Shown here: piece by piece, positions 12,956 to 25,740 of the stretch
Layout of the letters: every line of letters begins with the position of its first letter
Position numbering within the stretch: the first letter of the stretch is position 1
Assembly (NCBI RefSeq): GCF_036321535.1
Contig: NC_087436.1
Location: forward strand, 78,928,001-78,992,000
Reading direction: 5' to 3'
From: Camelus dromedarius
Taxonomy: Eukaryota
Length of the DNA: 64,000 bases
Made by a program: the position numbers and the translations under genes
Notes under the pieces: generated by a model
Database searches by the model: none
The model's input: only the letters and a program-made list of their open reading frames with translations
Told to the model about the DNA's origin: nothing

Positions 12956-15900
12956 CGCACAATGCTCAGTAATTGTACCCATTTATAATGACCACATTCC
13001 TCTTTTGTGAGAAATGCCAGGTCTCTGCAGGCTAAGGCGGTGGGGGCAGGGGTAGGGCAGAAAAAGCAAAACCAGAAACCCAAACTCAAGTTTTGTTGTA
13101 GTAGCAGTTCTCTTTACTTTGGGAAGAATGTGGTTTTTAGGGGGTTGGGGGGAGATGCTCTCACTAGGCTGAGACCTGGGTTTGAATCCAGCTTCTATGG
13201 CTCATCGGCTGCGCCAGGCTCCCTGGGCTGATGTGAGAACTGAGTGAGAGGGTGCTCAGTACCCAGATCGGGTGAGCACTAGATGCCTTCCATTAGTGTG
13301 TCTGAGCAGTGCCTCCCAGGAGAGAACTCTTTGTGGACTTGACTCCAGCCCGTGAAAGCTGGTTTTCTTTTCCCCAAAGACTCAAGTCAAAAAAGGGGCT
13401 CAGAGAAGTTCATCTGTCATTTGGAGATGTTTCCAGAGGGAAAGCAAATTACTTTTAGGTCACTGTTGGGAGATAGTTGCTTTCCTTCTTTAGTACTGAA
13501 GGCTGTGTTTATATTCAAATCCACCATATATCCTAATCCTCCTAGAGTGAGTAGTTCCTTTATTGGACAAAGTACAAGATGAAATGATTTTTCATCATTG
13601 ACCAGATCATACTTCCTGGCCATCCTTACTGTCTCTCTTAAATTATCTCACTCACTATCCTCTCATTATTTATAAAAAAAAAAAAAAAGGTCTGGAACTT
13701 TCCTCTTCTAATCAAATTTGAATCCATTCTTTTCCTATGATAGGATTCCTACTGATTGATTTTACATTGCTGACTTGGAAACACATCTGTTTGGACATGA
13801 GGTCTCTATTGAACTGCATAAGGCACTTTATAAATATTTACTTAAGTAAAGAAACCAAGTTAGTAACACTAGGATGCTACTTTCAGGAGCTGGGAAATCT
13901 AATATAAAGTGATAATGTAGACATGCTTGAGCTATAAGTTTCATTAAGTTTAACTTCACATATAAGAACTAAAAATCCAACAAATTCTTGGGTCTTTTTG
14001 AAATAGGAAGGTTTGCTTTATTTCACAAGGATTCTGAAATCACTCCCCCTCCTATCTGCACGGTGCAAGCCCACCGAGAACAAAAGGTGGTTTTAGAAAG
14101 CTCACAGATTGGGAAATTACAAGGCACCAGCAATAAAAGCAGAGACAGGCCTACCTGATGAACAGGAGGCTTCTAGACCTGCAGAGTGTCAGTCAAAAGT
14201 CGAATTCAAATGCAACAGGGAGTGTAGCTCTGTTAAAATAAAGATCTCAGACACTACTGGGTAATGACGTTTGTACAAAGTCATCCTAGGTGATTCATTC
14301 ACACTGTTTGCTAAACACTGTAACAGGTCTCTGGAAACATGAATCCAGAGTGCAAAAAACAGGCAGCACAGGTAAACCAAAGTCTGTTTCCTTTTGTTTG
14401 ATTTTATTAGATTTTTCAAGATCTGTCCCAACACCTTAAAACCCACACACCCATACCTCTCAGAAGGGGAAAGGCAAACAGCTGGAAATTTCAGAACGGC
14501 GCAGTCTGAGCCTGATCATCTCACTGGTGCCCCACATTACCTGAGCCCGAGCCGATGGACGGGTCACCAAAGCCCTGGGCAGAATAGATGCTAGGAGATG
14601 TATGTAAAACCACCAGCGTGCCAGGAAAAGTGGAACTGTAAAGCTAATTTGATTGCTTTTCCTTTGTAATTTAGTTTGGTTGAAAGATTTGGAGCATTTA
14701 TCTGTAAGATCAAATAGGTAAGACTTCCTGTGCACAGAGTCCTTATTCACTGAATGATGAGATGTTACTTGTGACGTCTTCAGCATCTGACAAACACCCC
14801 TACAGATTTGTCAGAAGTGATGTTTGGAAATGTTGCCACTGCAGCCGTGGAACAACAAAATAAAGGGGAGTATATATGTATTTGTTGCAGGTGCTATTTG
14901 CTCAATCTTCATGGTGGTTCCAAATGACACCTCCACCATGGCCGAAGAGTTAACAGATGGCCTTGCAGTCATTCCCAGGTGAACCCAAGTCTGGTTCAGG
15001 AGACCAGTGGTTACCAGAAAAGTGCTAACCAGTCACGATCCCTCCCTTTCTCTTTCAGGCAGGGGTTAGCGTGCATCTGGTTGCCAGGAATCCCACTGTA
15101 TCTTTCTGTCCTCCAGGATACAAGGGAATTTTCTGAATCCAAAGGAACATACACAGGCTTGTTGGGCTCTCACTAGTCAGGTGTAGAGCAGCTGTTCACA
15201 ACTTTTTCCCGCTGCCACATGATGCAGATGAACAACTACCTCTATCAGCAGTGTATCCCATACACATAAAGATTCTCAAATGAGGCCTAGAGTGCATCCA
15301 ACCCAGCCCAAAAGGTCCCATGCAGGGTGGAGAGGAGCAGGCACAGTGTAAAAAGGCACATCCCCAGAGACCTGCTCCATCCCACAGCAAGCACCCAGCC
15401 CGCCCACCAGTTTCCCTCACACCCCTTTCCTGGTTCGCTTTTCTTCAGGAAAACAAACCACTCTCCATAATCTCCTATCTTCCTACTTCAGAGACTGAAC
15501 AGTATTTTGGGTTCAGCTCTTCTAACTTCCATCCATTTATATGAAACTTCTCTAGAATTATTCACCGGGTGGAGAAATGTCTCCACAGACGGAAAAAAAA
15601 TCCCAACACTTCACTGAAAAAGGAGAACAGCCGCTCTGACGTTCGTGGCAGACAGTTTCTACGCTCACGCTTGTAAAATTTGTGGGGTTGGTCAGGGCTC
15701 CATTGCCATCTACTCTTGTTTCTCATCTTTTGGGAATTTATTTCTCTGTAAAATGCTGCCAATTATGCCATTGTCATGTCAAGGTAATCATGCAGGCATA
15801 ATACAAATCCTAACCATGAGGGCAATACATCAAAAAATTACCAGAGACCAGCCTGCTCTTCAGACTGGGTCTTGGGCTGACTCCACAGTTGAGGTCAGGC

Positions 15901-16519
15901 CCAGAAGGTCAAGTTGTCATTTCTGTGAGTCGTAGGACTGACTTAGACACCAAACTCCCAGGAGACTGAGGGGCACCCCATCCCAGAGGCTCCAGTGCTC
16001 ACACATGCTATCAAGGTCCTCCTTTTCTTAGTTATAAAACTGTCCTGAGACAAAAACTGAATTAGTTTTATTTATGAGAGAGGGGTTTATTTGGCAAGCA
16101 GGGAATCCCAGCAAAGGAAATTAAGAGGTTCGTGCAAACTATTTCACTCAGGCTGCGAAGTCTGATGAACTACTCTTATTCCTTGAAACAGCACCTCTAT
16201 CTCCACGGTCGTCACAGTGTTTAACTTCTAGTCTTCTAACCCATTTAGGTAAAATTGTTTAAACAATGAAAAATTATTATTATCTAATTCTCCTCAAGAT
16301 TCTCAAAAGACCATTCTCTCTTATTTGCCATACTGCTCTTAAGATAGATTATAATGAAATCAATCAAAATACTGGCTGAAAAATATTTGGCTTAGATTCA
16401 GGAGGCTGACAGAAATTCATGTTTTCTTTCTGAACTTAAACCTCAGACATATAGGTAACTTTCAAAAAATGGGTGAATAAATTTCTAAACATAAAATGGA
16501 GACAAGTCAATCTTAAAAC

Positions 16520-17180
16520 AAATAGAATATTGAAAACATTTATTAATAGAAAAAGTTCAAAGCATTCTACAGAATGAAAATGCTCAATCTTTTCCTATAG
16601 ATACTTAAAGCTGGTGATTCCACTTTTCATTAATATTTGCTTAAAATTATGTAGCAGCCTCTAGATTTAGTTATTTGTTCAGGACTAAAGTGAAGCCAAA
16701 GACACAAAAAAACAGAGATTAAACTAAACTGTGAGTAGCTGTTTAAAAAAAAAGACTACAAACACAAAAACAGGATTACACACTTTAATCTGATTGACAT
16801 GGAGAAAGTAGGGCGGACATGAACGAGATTTAGTTTTAGCTTTGCTTTATGTATAACCAAAGGCTCCTTTTCAAAAAGTAAACTGAGGTTTCAAAAACCA
16901 CACTTTATCAGAACACTTCAGGAAAATGTACTATGTGTAATCCAGCAAATACGTTATTTGCAGAATAGGAAAATCATCACCACGGGCAACAAAAGATGAA
17001 AACAAAAGAAAGCACCAGGGTTCTGAGGAGGTCTAAGGTGAGTTTATCTGCAGAAATAATGTAAATGTTCCTGACTGGCTGCTATGGAAACATGCTAATG
17101 AGGATTGGTCCACACATCTTATTTTTTAAAACATGTTTCTTTGGAAAAACGGCAATATTGGCTGAGCGTGAAGCTGTCCT
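16520..17180 (-). other. SEC31A: SEC31A 3' UTR (end approximate)
   Basis: Lies between the stop codon and a minus-strand AATAAA followed by T-rich sequence. Confidence 0.7.
16539..16544 (-). terminator. SEC31A: Polyadenylation signal AATAAA
   Basis: TTTATT on plus strand about 640 nt past the stop; T/GT-rich sequence downstream on minus strand. Confidence 0.7.
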
Positions 17181-17360
17181 TTAGACACCCAGCTTATTGG
17201 CCTGGGTGAGAACAACTTTGAGGACGGGCATAAAAGCGGAGGTCTCACTGAAGTTGCTGGTGCTGACTATGTGGGTGTGGATGGTCAGTCCTTCTGCGTA
17301 GTTTCGCGTCTCAATGCTCCTTGCGATGTTGTGTAAACCGCTGATGATCGTTGGTGAAAG
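17181..17360 (-). CDS. SEC31A: SEC31A last coding exon
   Basis: tttatttcag|; LSPTIISGLHNIARSIETRNYAEGLTIHTHIVSTSNFSETSAFMPVLKVVLTQANKLGV* matches the SEC31A C-terminus. Confidence 0.97.
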   Translation of the reverse strand, partial: LSPTIISGLHNIARSIETRNYAEGLTIHTHIVSTSNFSETSAFMPVLKVVLTQANKLGV

Positions 17361-18751
17361 CTGAAATAAAGGTGGGATCAAGACAAAGAATTAAAGAAAA
17401 AAAATTTTAAAAAAAAGACAAAGAATTAAAATAACGGAGAATTTTACATGCGACCCCTCTACAAACACTAAATGCCAATATTTGAGAGGCACTTGAAATA
17501 AACATAAAAAATGTACAAACTGCTGAGCATTTCTAGAAGGCATCTCAGACCAAGCAACACTTAAATCATAAAACAGAACCGTGACAAAATGACTTATGTA
17601 AGAAAACTATTTATGAATTATACACGTATGTTAAGCCAGGTCTTTTTCTTTTAGAAAAGAAGTCAGATTTCCTCCCCTAAGCTGAAATGTTAATGTCTCT
17701 CTCCACTTGAGAGCTTTAATTCTTCAATTATTTTAGATATAGAGTCACAACTGTGGATGACATGAAATGCACATGGAAGAGTTTAAAGATTCTTCATCAT
17801 GACATCTCCAAGTAAGGGCCCAGTCTGTCGACAACAAAAACCCTGCACTTTTGGTCCACTTCCATTAGGAGGGCAACAGTCCTCAGCATGTACTCAATTT
17901 GCCAGTTCTTACCTGCTTTTTATAATCCCATCATCTCTTAAAACCATAAGACCTACAGTTTTGTGTTTCTTCATGTCATTACTTGGCTTACACACCCATA
18001 CTTTTTAGAGAAGACTTTACTTTGGATCAGTCCATGGACCACGCCACTGTTATATCAACTTTCTCTGGTTTGGTTCTCAGGAGATAAATGGTTATTTTTA
18101 TCTGATGGGACTGATGTGGGGAATGGGGAAGAGGAATGCTAAACTGCAAAAACATGACAAAGCCTCAATTCTTTTCTTCTCTCCTAGTGCTTTCATTAAC
18201 AAAACAGTTCTAGAAAGGAATTGAGAGGTGGGAGACAAAAGAACAGAAGACACAGTGTCTACTCCTTACTGCTGACCGTCTTCATAGTTACAGCACACTG
18301 ATCTGCTCAACTGGCGGCTACATTTGGCTGTGCTTTTGTGTCATAGCTCTTCTAAAAGAAAAAGATCTGAGTCTTAGACTATGAGAAAGATTACAGATTT
18401 GGTCTCTGGAATACAGAGTGTCTGTCCACTCTCTTATTTCTTGATTTAAAGGACATAAAAATGAACAAAAGGCCAGTTACCTTAGGGCCAACACAGGCCA
18501 TTTTGTATATGTGCTCTTTGTTATAAAAAAGGCTAAAACTTCTCTCTCCATCTCAATCACACATACACACACAACCCCCCATCCCCTTATCCCCAGTGAC
18601 TGAAACTGGTTTAGACAGTTACAGCAAAGCCCATTCTATAACTGTCCTGACTGCTTTGCCCCCAAACACACTACATGCAAGTGCTGACGAAACACTTTAC
18701 TGGCAGCCAAGAATAAATGATTATCATAAATCCTTTTTTCTACACACTTAC

Positions 18752-18823
18752 TGTCTGTTCCCTAAGTTTGTCATATAGAAACTCCAAACGTTTGCTGGCA
18801 TCATCTAGCTTCCTCTTCGTTTG
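18752..18823 (-). CDS. SEC31A: SEC31A exon, 72 nt
   Basis: cctgcag| QTKRKLDDASKRLEFLYDKLREQT |GTAAGT; phase 0-0. Confidence 0.96.
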
Positions 18824-19609
18824 CTGCAGGAGAGGAAAAACAGGTATGTTATATTCAAACAGTAACTTTTATCTGAAGGACTAGGCCCATCTCATTTCAC
18901 TAAACCTTACAGACATGATATTGAACAGCTTCATTTTTTTTTTTAAAGAAATGGTGATAGCTAAGACCAAGACACTTGAACAAATGATCAAAACGGAGAT
19001 AAGTAATCTACTGCTGCAGGGAGGGGACAGGATGAGCCCCTTCCTCCGGGTGTGCAGACTGGAGGGCTGGTGGGACCTCACGAGTACTGCAAACTCACTT
19101 GCAGTGTGTGTACAACTGCACTACATCCACAAGCACCAGGGAGGGCCGGCTGGAGGCAGCAGTGGGTCAGTGTCCTACAGACAAGGTCTAACAGTTACTG
19201 TAAATTAAACACCATGAACATTATGGGCGCCAGAAGGCAAACATACAGGTGAACTGAGGAATCTTTTTTTAACCTCAAAAATACTTCTCATACACTCAGT
19301 CACATTTGATATGTTTAATTCTGCCTTATTCTGGGCCTTTAAAACACCAAAGCAAAAACAAAAACAAACAAACCCCACAAAAACCCCCCAAAAATCCAAA
19401 ACCCAAAAAGAGAAAACTCTCTCCTAGTTATCTTAAGATTCTTAAGAGGGAAGTGTTAAAATAAGCTCTTAAATTAAGGAGTCCTATCCCCATCCTAGTA
19501 CCGTAAGTAAAATGAGAGAAAACTATTCTAAAAGTGAAGGTTTAAAATTATACTGTGATTAACTTAATGACCTACATTACGCAACAGCCTTAGAAGTGGC
19601 AACACTTTC

Positions 19610-19960
19610 CAGTATTTATTGAGTGCCAACTCTGTGCCAGGCAGTCTTATGTCTCGTGTAGCTCGTATTCCAGTGGGTGGGAAAAGGATGCTAAATAAAT
19701 AATATATTGCCTGTCAGGTGGTAATGAGTGCCAAGATGAAAAGCTAACAGGGGGAGGGGGTCAGAAGCGCTGGGGGGTATGAGGTGGTAAGAAAGCCTGC
19801 TGGCTAATGGGCATCGGAGCAGAAGCCCGGCAGGAAGGAGGAGGAGGACCAATGCGGTACTGCGGCTGAGGAGCTCCAGGCGGAAGGAGCAGCAGGAGCA
19901 AAGTCTCGGCCGCTGACGCGCTCTTGGTATGCTGAGAAGGGATGTCAGTGCGCCAGAGGA
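19610..19960 (-). mobile_element. L2 relic, unusually CpG-rich
   Basis: tatttattgagtgccaactctgtgccaggc start; body collinear with the L2 3' region. Confidence 0.55.
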
Positions 19961-21019
19961 GGGGAGAGGAAGAGACAAGCCACCAAGCGTCACCATACAA
20001 ACTAAGCTGTGCTGCCAGATCACACTGTTTAGAAACAACTGAAGTGAAAACAGGAATAAAGCCATACTACAAAAATGAATTCAAGTATTGATTAAAATGG
20101 GCTTTTGTGGAGGGTGCGAAGTTAACCCCACCAGCTACCAGCGGGGGCCCCACCGCCGCGGGCGGGCTCCCTGGGCAGTACGGGAACTTCTCGCCCAGCT
20201 AGTTTCAGAAACAGTTTGTCTTCCTGTTGGGTAACCTTCCCAGGGTACCCATCTTCCTGGGTAACCAGAAGGAGGATGATTTGGTGACCTAGAGGAGGTT
20301 AAGCTCAACAAAATTTTTTTAAGCTGGGCCGTGTACTGTGTGTCCTCCCAACCTCTATTTACACTGACTGACTCATGCCCCAAGGAAGACTGGAATTTTC
20401 CCCAGGACTCTCTATTTTTGCGTGATGGTGATCTCTCTATTAGAGGTGTGCACAGGAGATAACTGTACACCTACCTGCTTTATCAGCTTCACCTGCTCTC
20501 TGCTCTTAGCTTGGTCTTTCCATCACGCCCAGGATGCCAGGTGCTAAAGTTTATGCTGACCTTTCCCTGCCTCTGCTTTCCTGACACTTTCAGTATAGGG
20601 AATTGCTTTCCAAAAGACTAGCAGAAGGCTGCACACATTAATCCTCAATGTTTGATGAAACAACAAATTCCAGAAGCTGTTTTTTCAAGCAGACAAGTGG
20701 CCAGTGACTAAATAAATATATTCAATGTTTGTTGGCAGAAACTGAAATTTCATCTAAAACAAGACTGGCTTTGTGGAATTTTTGTTGTTGCCAATACACA
20801 GGCCTCCTCTAGTAAACTAAGTAAAATCAGTTGCTTTAATTATGAATATGACTCTAATATCTAAAACATTTAACTATTTTTAAGATCTTTACAAAGTTAA
20901 AGATTGTCTATCTACTTTTAAAAGCTTTGATGTAAGCTCAAAAAGAAACTCCAAATCTGAGTCTCTTGCATACCACCACTCTGTTCTATTTTTGTGCCAG
21001 ACATGAGGTCTGCGGATGA

Positions 21020-21260
21020 GACGCAGTGCAGCCTAGTAGCTGAGAATACAAAGTCTGGAACCAGACTAGGTTTGAAAGCTGGCTCTGACTCCGGTTATTA
21101 TGTAACTGTTTCTTGCTTTAACTTCCTCTCTGTAAAATAAATATGACAAATCTACCTACTATGAGGCTGTTCTAAGGATTAAATACATTTATATATAAAA
21201 AACAATTAAATGTTTTTAGATGTAAAGCAGATGATATGTAAGTGCTAGCTTTATTACTTG
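21020..21260 (+). mobile_element. MIR SINE relic
   Basis: gtctggaaccagactaggtttgaa...ttcctctctgtaaaat...tatgaggctgttctaaggattaaat. Confidence 0.65.
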
Positions 21261-21410
21261 TGTATAAACTTCCAAATATACCTTGTAAGATATGTTATAT
21301 AATTACAATAATTATGTATGCATGCATAATTATATAAATACAGTAATCACAATAATTACAGAAGAGGTCCAAAAGGGATTCTTTGAATAAGCAAAATAAA
21401 AAATACATAC

Positions 21411-21530
21411 AGGATCTGAGGCTGAAGAGAGGCAGCGCTGAATGAGATCCTCAAACGTGGTCTTTAGAATGAGGTGTTCATCTGGAATAGGTTTCTTGGT
21501 AATTTTTTCTGTTGGCAAAGACTGCACATG
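21411..21530 (-). CDS. SEC31A: SEC31A exon, 120 nt
   Basis: ctttcag| HVQSLPTEKITKKPIPDEHLILKTTFEDLIQRCLSSASDP |GTATGT. Confidence 0.96.
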
Positions 21531-22074
21531 CTGAAAGAAATAATACCACAAAATGACTAGAAATGACCAGAAGCTATCTATACACAAAACCCTGAATCTG
21601 TGATAAAAAGAAACCAGCTACCTTGTAGACAGGCTATTCAAAATCAAAAGAAAAATTAACATGTGAAATCACCTGGGATAAGTAAAAATAAAAATCAGGT
21701 ATTCAGAAGATACAGGCACTCTTCCTACGGCTTCTATTTTCAAAAGTAGGACTGGATATAAAGCATTTGATTAATCATGGAACAGATGTTAATCACACTG
21801 TACAAAACTGATAGGGAGGAGACCTGTGCCAGCGGGAAATGAAAAGAACAGGCATTTACAGAGGTGGCAGGATGGAGTGGCTGCTTCCTGCTCTGCTTGT
21901 TGGCTCACTTCTGTTCATCCTGACAGTCTTCCCTGGTTTACTCTTAGAGGCTGTTAACTGGGGTATAATTAAACTGCAAGATTAAGCCAAAGGTTAAAAG
22001 AGATCATGATCTTACTGAATGTAGACATGGGAAAACCAAGAGGGAATGTGTCATTTTTTAAAGTTTTAATTGAT

Positions 22075-22900
22075 TAGTTCATTCATTCAAACATATTGAG
22101 CCAATTATGTATCAGGCGCTGGGTACACATAGGTGAGCCAACGTGGAAATAAGCTCATCCCTCAGGGAGTTTACAGGCTAATGGAAAAGAAAGTTTAAAA
22201 ATGTCATAAATGCACAGTAACTGTGATTAACATTAGTGGAATCAACAGACAACATAACTGGGATTTAACTGAGGGGAAGGCTCTTTAAGAAAGTTATACC
22301 AGAAGGATAAGTAGGGGTTAACCAATTAAATTGGGAAGGAAAAGCACTGCAGACAGAAAAACGTGTACAAAGGAAGGATCATGATACAAGGGACTGACAG
22401 GAGGCCAGTATGGCTGGAGCAGAGGGAGAGCAAGGAGGAGTATGAGCTGATGGCTTCCAGACAACGTGAAGTATTTTGGTCTTTATTCCAAGAACAATGG
22501 GAAGCTGTAATGTTTTAAGCAACGAGGAGATAAGACCAGATAAGAGATGGGTCAAAGTAGATGCTGGCAGACCAGTTAGAGGCTTCTGCACTACTGAAGA
22601 CTGGAGACGAAGGTAGCATGGACCAGACTGGAAACGTAGAGCAGGGAATGGACAGATATTTTAAAGTAATATCAATAAGACTTGGGGATAGATCTGAAAG
22701 ACAGATTAAAGGACAAAGAGTATAGACGTGATTCCTGGGTTTTTGGCTGGATTAAACAGAAAGGATTACGATGCCATTAATCCAAATAAGACACACCAAA
22801 AGATGACTAGGTTTGGGAGGAAGACTATGAATTAGGTTGTGGGTATGTTGAGTGTGAGGTGCCTCAGAGACATCCAAGTGGGCAGGGAGCTGGATATTAA
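22075..22900 (-). mobile_element. L2 LINE relic
   Basis: ttcattcattcaaacatattgagcc...aggccagtatggctggagcaga...tttggtctttattccaagaacaatgggaagc...agacatccaagtgg. Confidence 0.75.
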
Positions 22901-23900
22901 TGCCTGGCTGAACACATACATCCAGGCAGCTCTCCCTTTCGATGGTAACTTAGGTTCTAGTCTAGGTGAACACAGCATGAGCACCCAGCTCTTAACAAAA
23001 GTGAATGGCTTCGCAAACAGCATAGATATGTAATCATAAAAATTAACAATGCATCTTTATAATATATATTCTTCTGGAAAGAAGCAGGTCCTCCTACCTC
23101 CATCAAAACACTGGTTTTTATAATGCAACTGCTAATATTTAGAAGTTCCTTAGGCAAAACTATCTCTTAACAGCAAAGTACACTCTTGTGACAGAGATCC
23201 AGTCTTTACAAACTTGACTTCAATGAGTCAAAGACAAAAACAGGCAGAAGAACTAGTTTTATACTTGGGCAGGAATTTGTTTCATCTTCTTAGGTTGCAG
23301 TGTGACCCAACCTCTCTGCTTTTCATGACTAGATCAAATTGTTTACCTTTGTATGTCTACGTCAGTTATATGGAAATGTGATAGATTTCTCATCATCTGG
23401 AGCCCTTCCAACTAACTGTTTGTATGTGAAAAGCATACAAATTAAATCTCCATCCGAAGATATGGCTGTATTATTAGCTTTTACGCATACACGAGAAAAG
23501 ATATAACTCACTGCACTTTATTTCACATTTCAAAGATTAAAAAGAAAAAAAAACCTTTGGAAACAGCTTTTGCTTAGCAACCTTCGATGCAAATACGGAT
23601 TCAATGAAGCAAATTGTGGCTGCTGATTAGGTCAAATAAAATACTGCAATTACCAAGTTATTGTAAACATATAGTAGTAAATATATAAGCCCCTTCTAGA
23701 AAGTTTGTATATAGCCATGTAATTGAAAAATATACATATATGAGCAATTAAAAAAAAAGTTACTATTTTTTACTTAAATTGTCTAACTTGAAGCCAAATT
23801 GAGAAGTTCATTAAAAAAGGTGTAACCATAAAAGTTAGCAGATTAAAATAAGTACTGAAATAGATAGAGTCATCTCCCAGTTATACAGATTTACTGTTAC

Positions 23901-24158
23901 CTGGATGGTATTTCCAATAGGAGCCCCTGGGGCACCTTCGATATTGGGCTTTGAAAAAGACGGAGGCATGCCTGGCTGACCAAGGGGTTGCTGTACGCCA
24001 TGGAAGGGCTGGCCACCTGGAAGATGTGGCTGTGGGAACGAAGCCTGGCTTGACAGTGGAGCTGAAGGTTGTTGCTGCAGCATCTGCGACTGGAGGTCCC
24101 CCAAGGGGTTCATGATTGGTGATGTGATGGGAACAGGAGGCATAAAGTTTTCAGGCAT
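23901..24158 (-). CDS. SEC31A: SEC31A exon, 258 nt (proline-rich region)
   Basis: aag| MPENFMPPVPITSPIMNP...GAPIGNTIQ |GTAACA. Confidence 0.96.
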
Positions 24159-25173
24159 CTTTTAAAAGATGGAAATAGAAAGTACCAAGAGTAAGGAAAA
24201 AATCCCCCCCAAAATAGCAACATTTTCTTAGCTTAAAATAAGGGAGTTAGACTATTTCACGGTTAAAAAAAATTTTAGTAATAGTAGAATTTTCTTTAAA
24301 TGAAATTTTCTGAAGAATTCTAGAGTAAAACATAAAAGTAGAGCTAAACTGGCTAAGAGGGTTCTGACCGTAAACCTGGACCTCTCAGTTTCCCCTCTGC
24401 TTTTCACACTTTAACCAACATAATGGGGAGCCAAAACCATGGTGTTTTTGAAAGAGGATGTCAAAGTCTGGAAAACTGCACCTAGCAATACTGGATCCGA
24501 TAGCCAAATGTGTGTTTGTGTGTGTTTAATGTGATCAGATGTAATACCCTTTTCCTAGATCACTAACAATATTTACTTAGTGATCAATCACACTAAAAGT
24601 AGTAGATTAAGTTTCTGATTATCACTGACCCCAATTTTTTTTCACTCATTTAGTATCTCCCGATTTTATGTTCTGGCCTCTCATTATTATATTTGGGGGA
24701 CAGAAATCACTAGGAGTTAAAAAAAAAAGTAGAAAACAGCTTGGGGTACAAGAAGGAGAGAAGAATCCTTGTTATGCTCAAACAGCTCTGAACAGTTACA
24801 GACATCTAAATTATGCTCAGCTACAAGGCTATTTCTTCATTCATGTTCTATGTGATAGACAAAAAGAGTCCAAAATATAATTACAAATTCATGGTTACTG
24901 CTGGAACCCAAAACCAAATTTGTTTCCTACCCCTTCAAAGAGATGTGCTGGGAATTTACATCTTGCTTTCTGAGAGGGGTTTGATTCACACCACCATATT
25001 GTTTTGTGCTTTCTTTCCTTCCCTTCACGGATTAGTAAGCTGAAATGCACTCATTAAGTATATCATGATTTAAGCTTTGCCTTTAAAAAGAACAGTGAAG
25101 TGTAGTGTGATTCAGGTGGGTACATGACTGACAGGACATCTGTAGGCACTGAATAGACATCTTTTTCTAGTAC

Positions 25174-25232
25174 CTTCTTCTTCTTGGGTACTCTGTTCAA
25201 AGCTGGAGGATCATTCCAACCATTCTGAGGAC
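25174..25232 (-). CDS. SEC31A: SEC31A exon, 59 nt, with the GWNDPP active-peptide motif
   Basis: tatag| (G)PQNGWNDPPALNRVPKKKK |GTACTA; phase 1-0. Confidence 0.95.
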
Positions 25233-25567
25233 CTATAACAGATAATAGAGGGCATTTTCCTTTAGAATCCTGAAAAGGAGAAAACTAAATTGTATCCATC
25301 ATATAATACCTTCAAACGCTAACTTTATCCTGAGATAACTGTCAACAAAAGTTTTACCAGCTGAGCTGCTAGTGTCACTATGTAGCCTTGGATTCTCAAA
25401 TTCATTACCTCTAATAATCACAAGGACTTGGCTTAGAAAGCAAAATATCTTGACATTAATTCCTTTTAAGTAAAAGAGTTGTGCTAAATTTAAGAATAGT
25501 GAAGTCTTTATGCCTATATTGGTATATAATCTTCAAAGATCAAACAATTCTCTCCTAATAAAAAACA

Positions 25568-25740
25568 GGGGCAGGGTATAGCTCAGTGGTAGAGCACCTG
25601 CTTAGCATGCACGAGGTCCTGGGTTCAATCCCCAGTACTTCCAGTAAATAAATAAATAAAAACAAACAAATAAATAAACCTAATTGGCCCCCCCAAAACC
25701 CAAAAAACAACAACAAAAAAACGAAAAAAAGAAAAAAATA
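25568..25740 (+). mobile_element. tRNA-Ala-derived SINE (Vic-1-like)
   Basis: GGGGCAGGGTATAGCTCAGTGGTAGAGC...TTAGCAT...GGTTCAATCCCCAG with A and B boxes, then (TAAA)n, ACCTAATT-CCCC and an A-rich tail. Confidence 0.88.

Noticed and set aside
6058..18752. In-frame SEC31A-SCD5 read-through fusion protein
   Set aside because: The SEC31A penultimate exon ends in phase 0 while SCD5 intron 1 is phase 1, so the usual read-through splice would be out of frame
20131..20152. CTCF-like CCAGCGGGGGC
   Set aside because: One base short of the core spacing and lacks the conserved AG
25568..25645. Genuine tRNA-Ala gene
   Set aside because: Extra 5' bases, an A-rich tail instead of a T-run terminator, and four diverged sibling copies, some with TSDs, indicate a SINE
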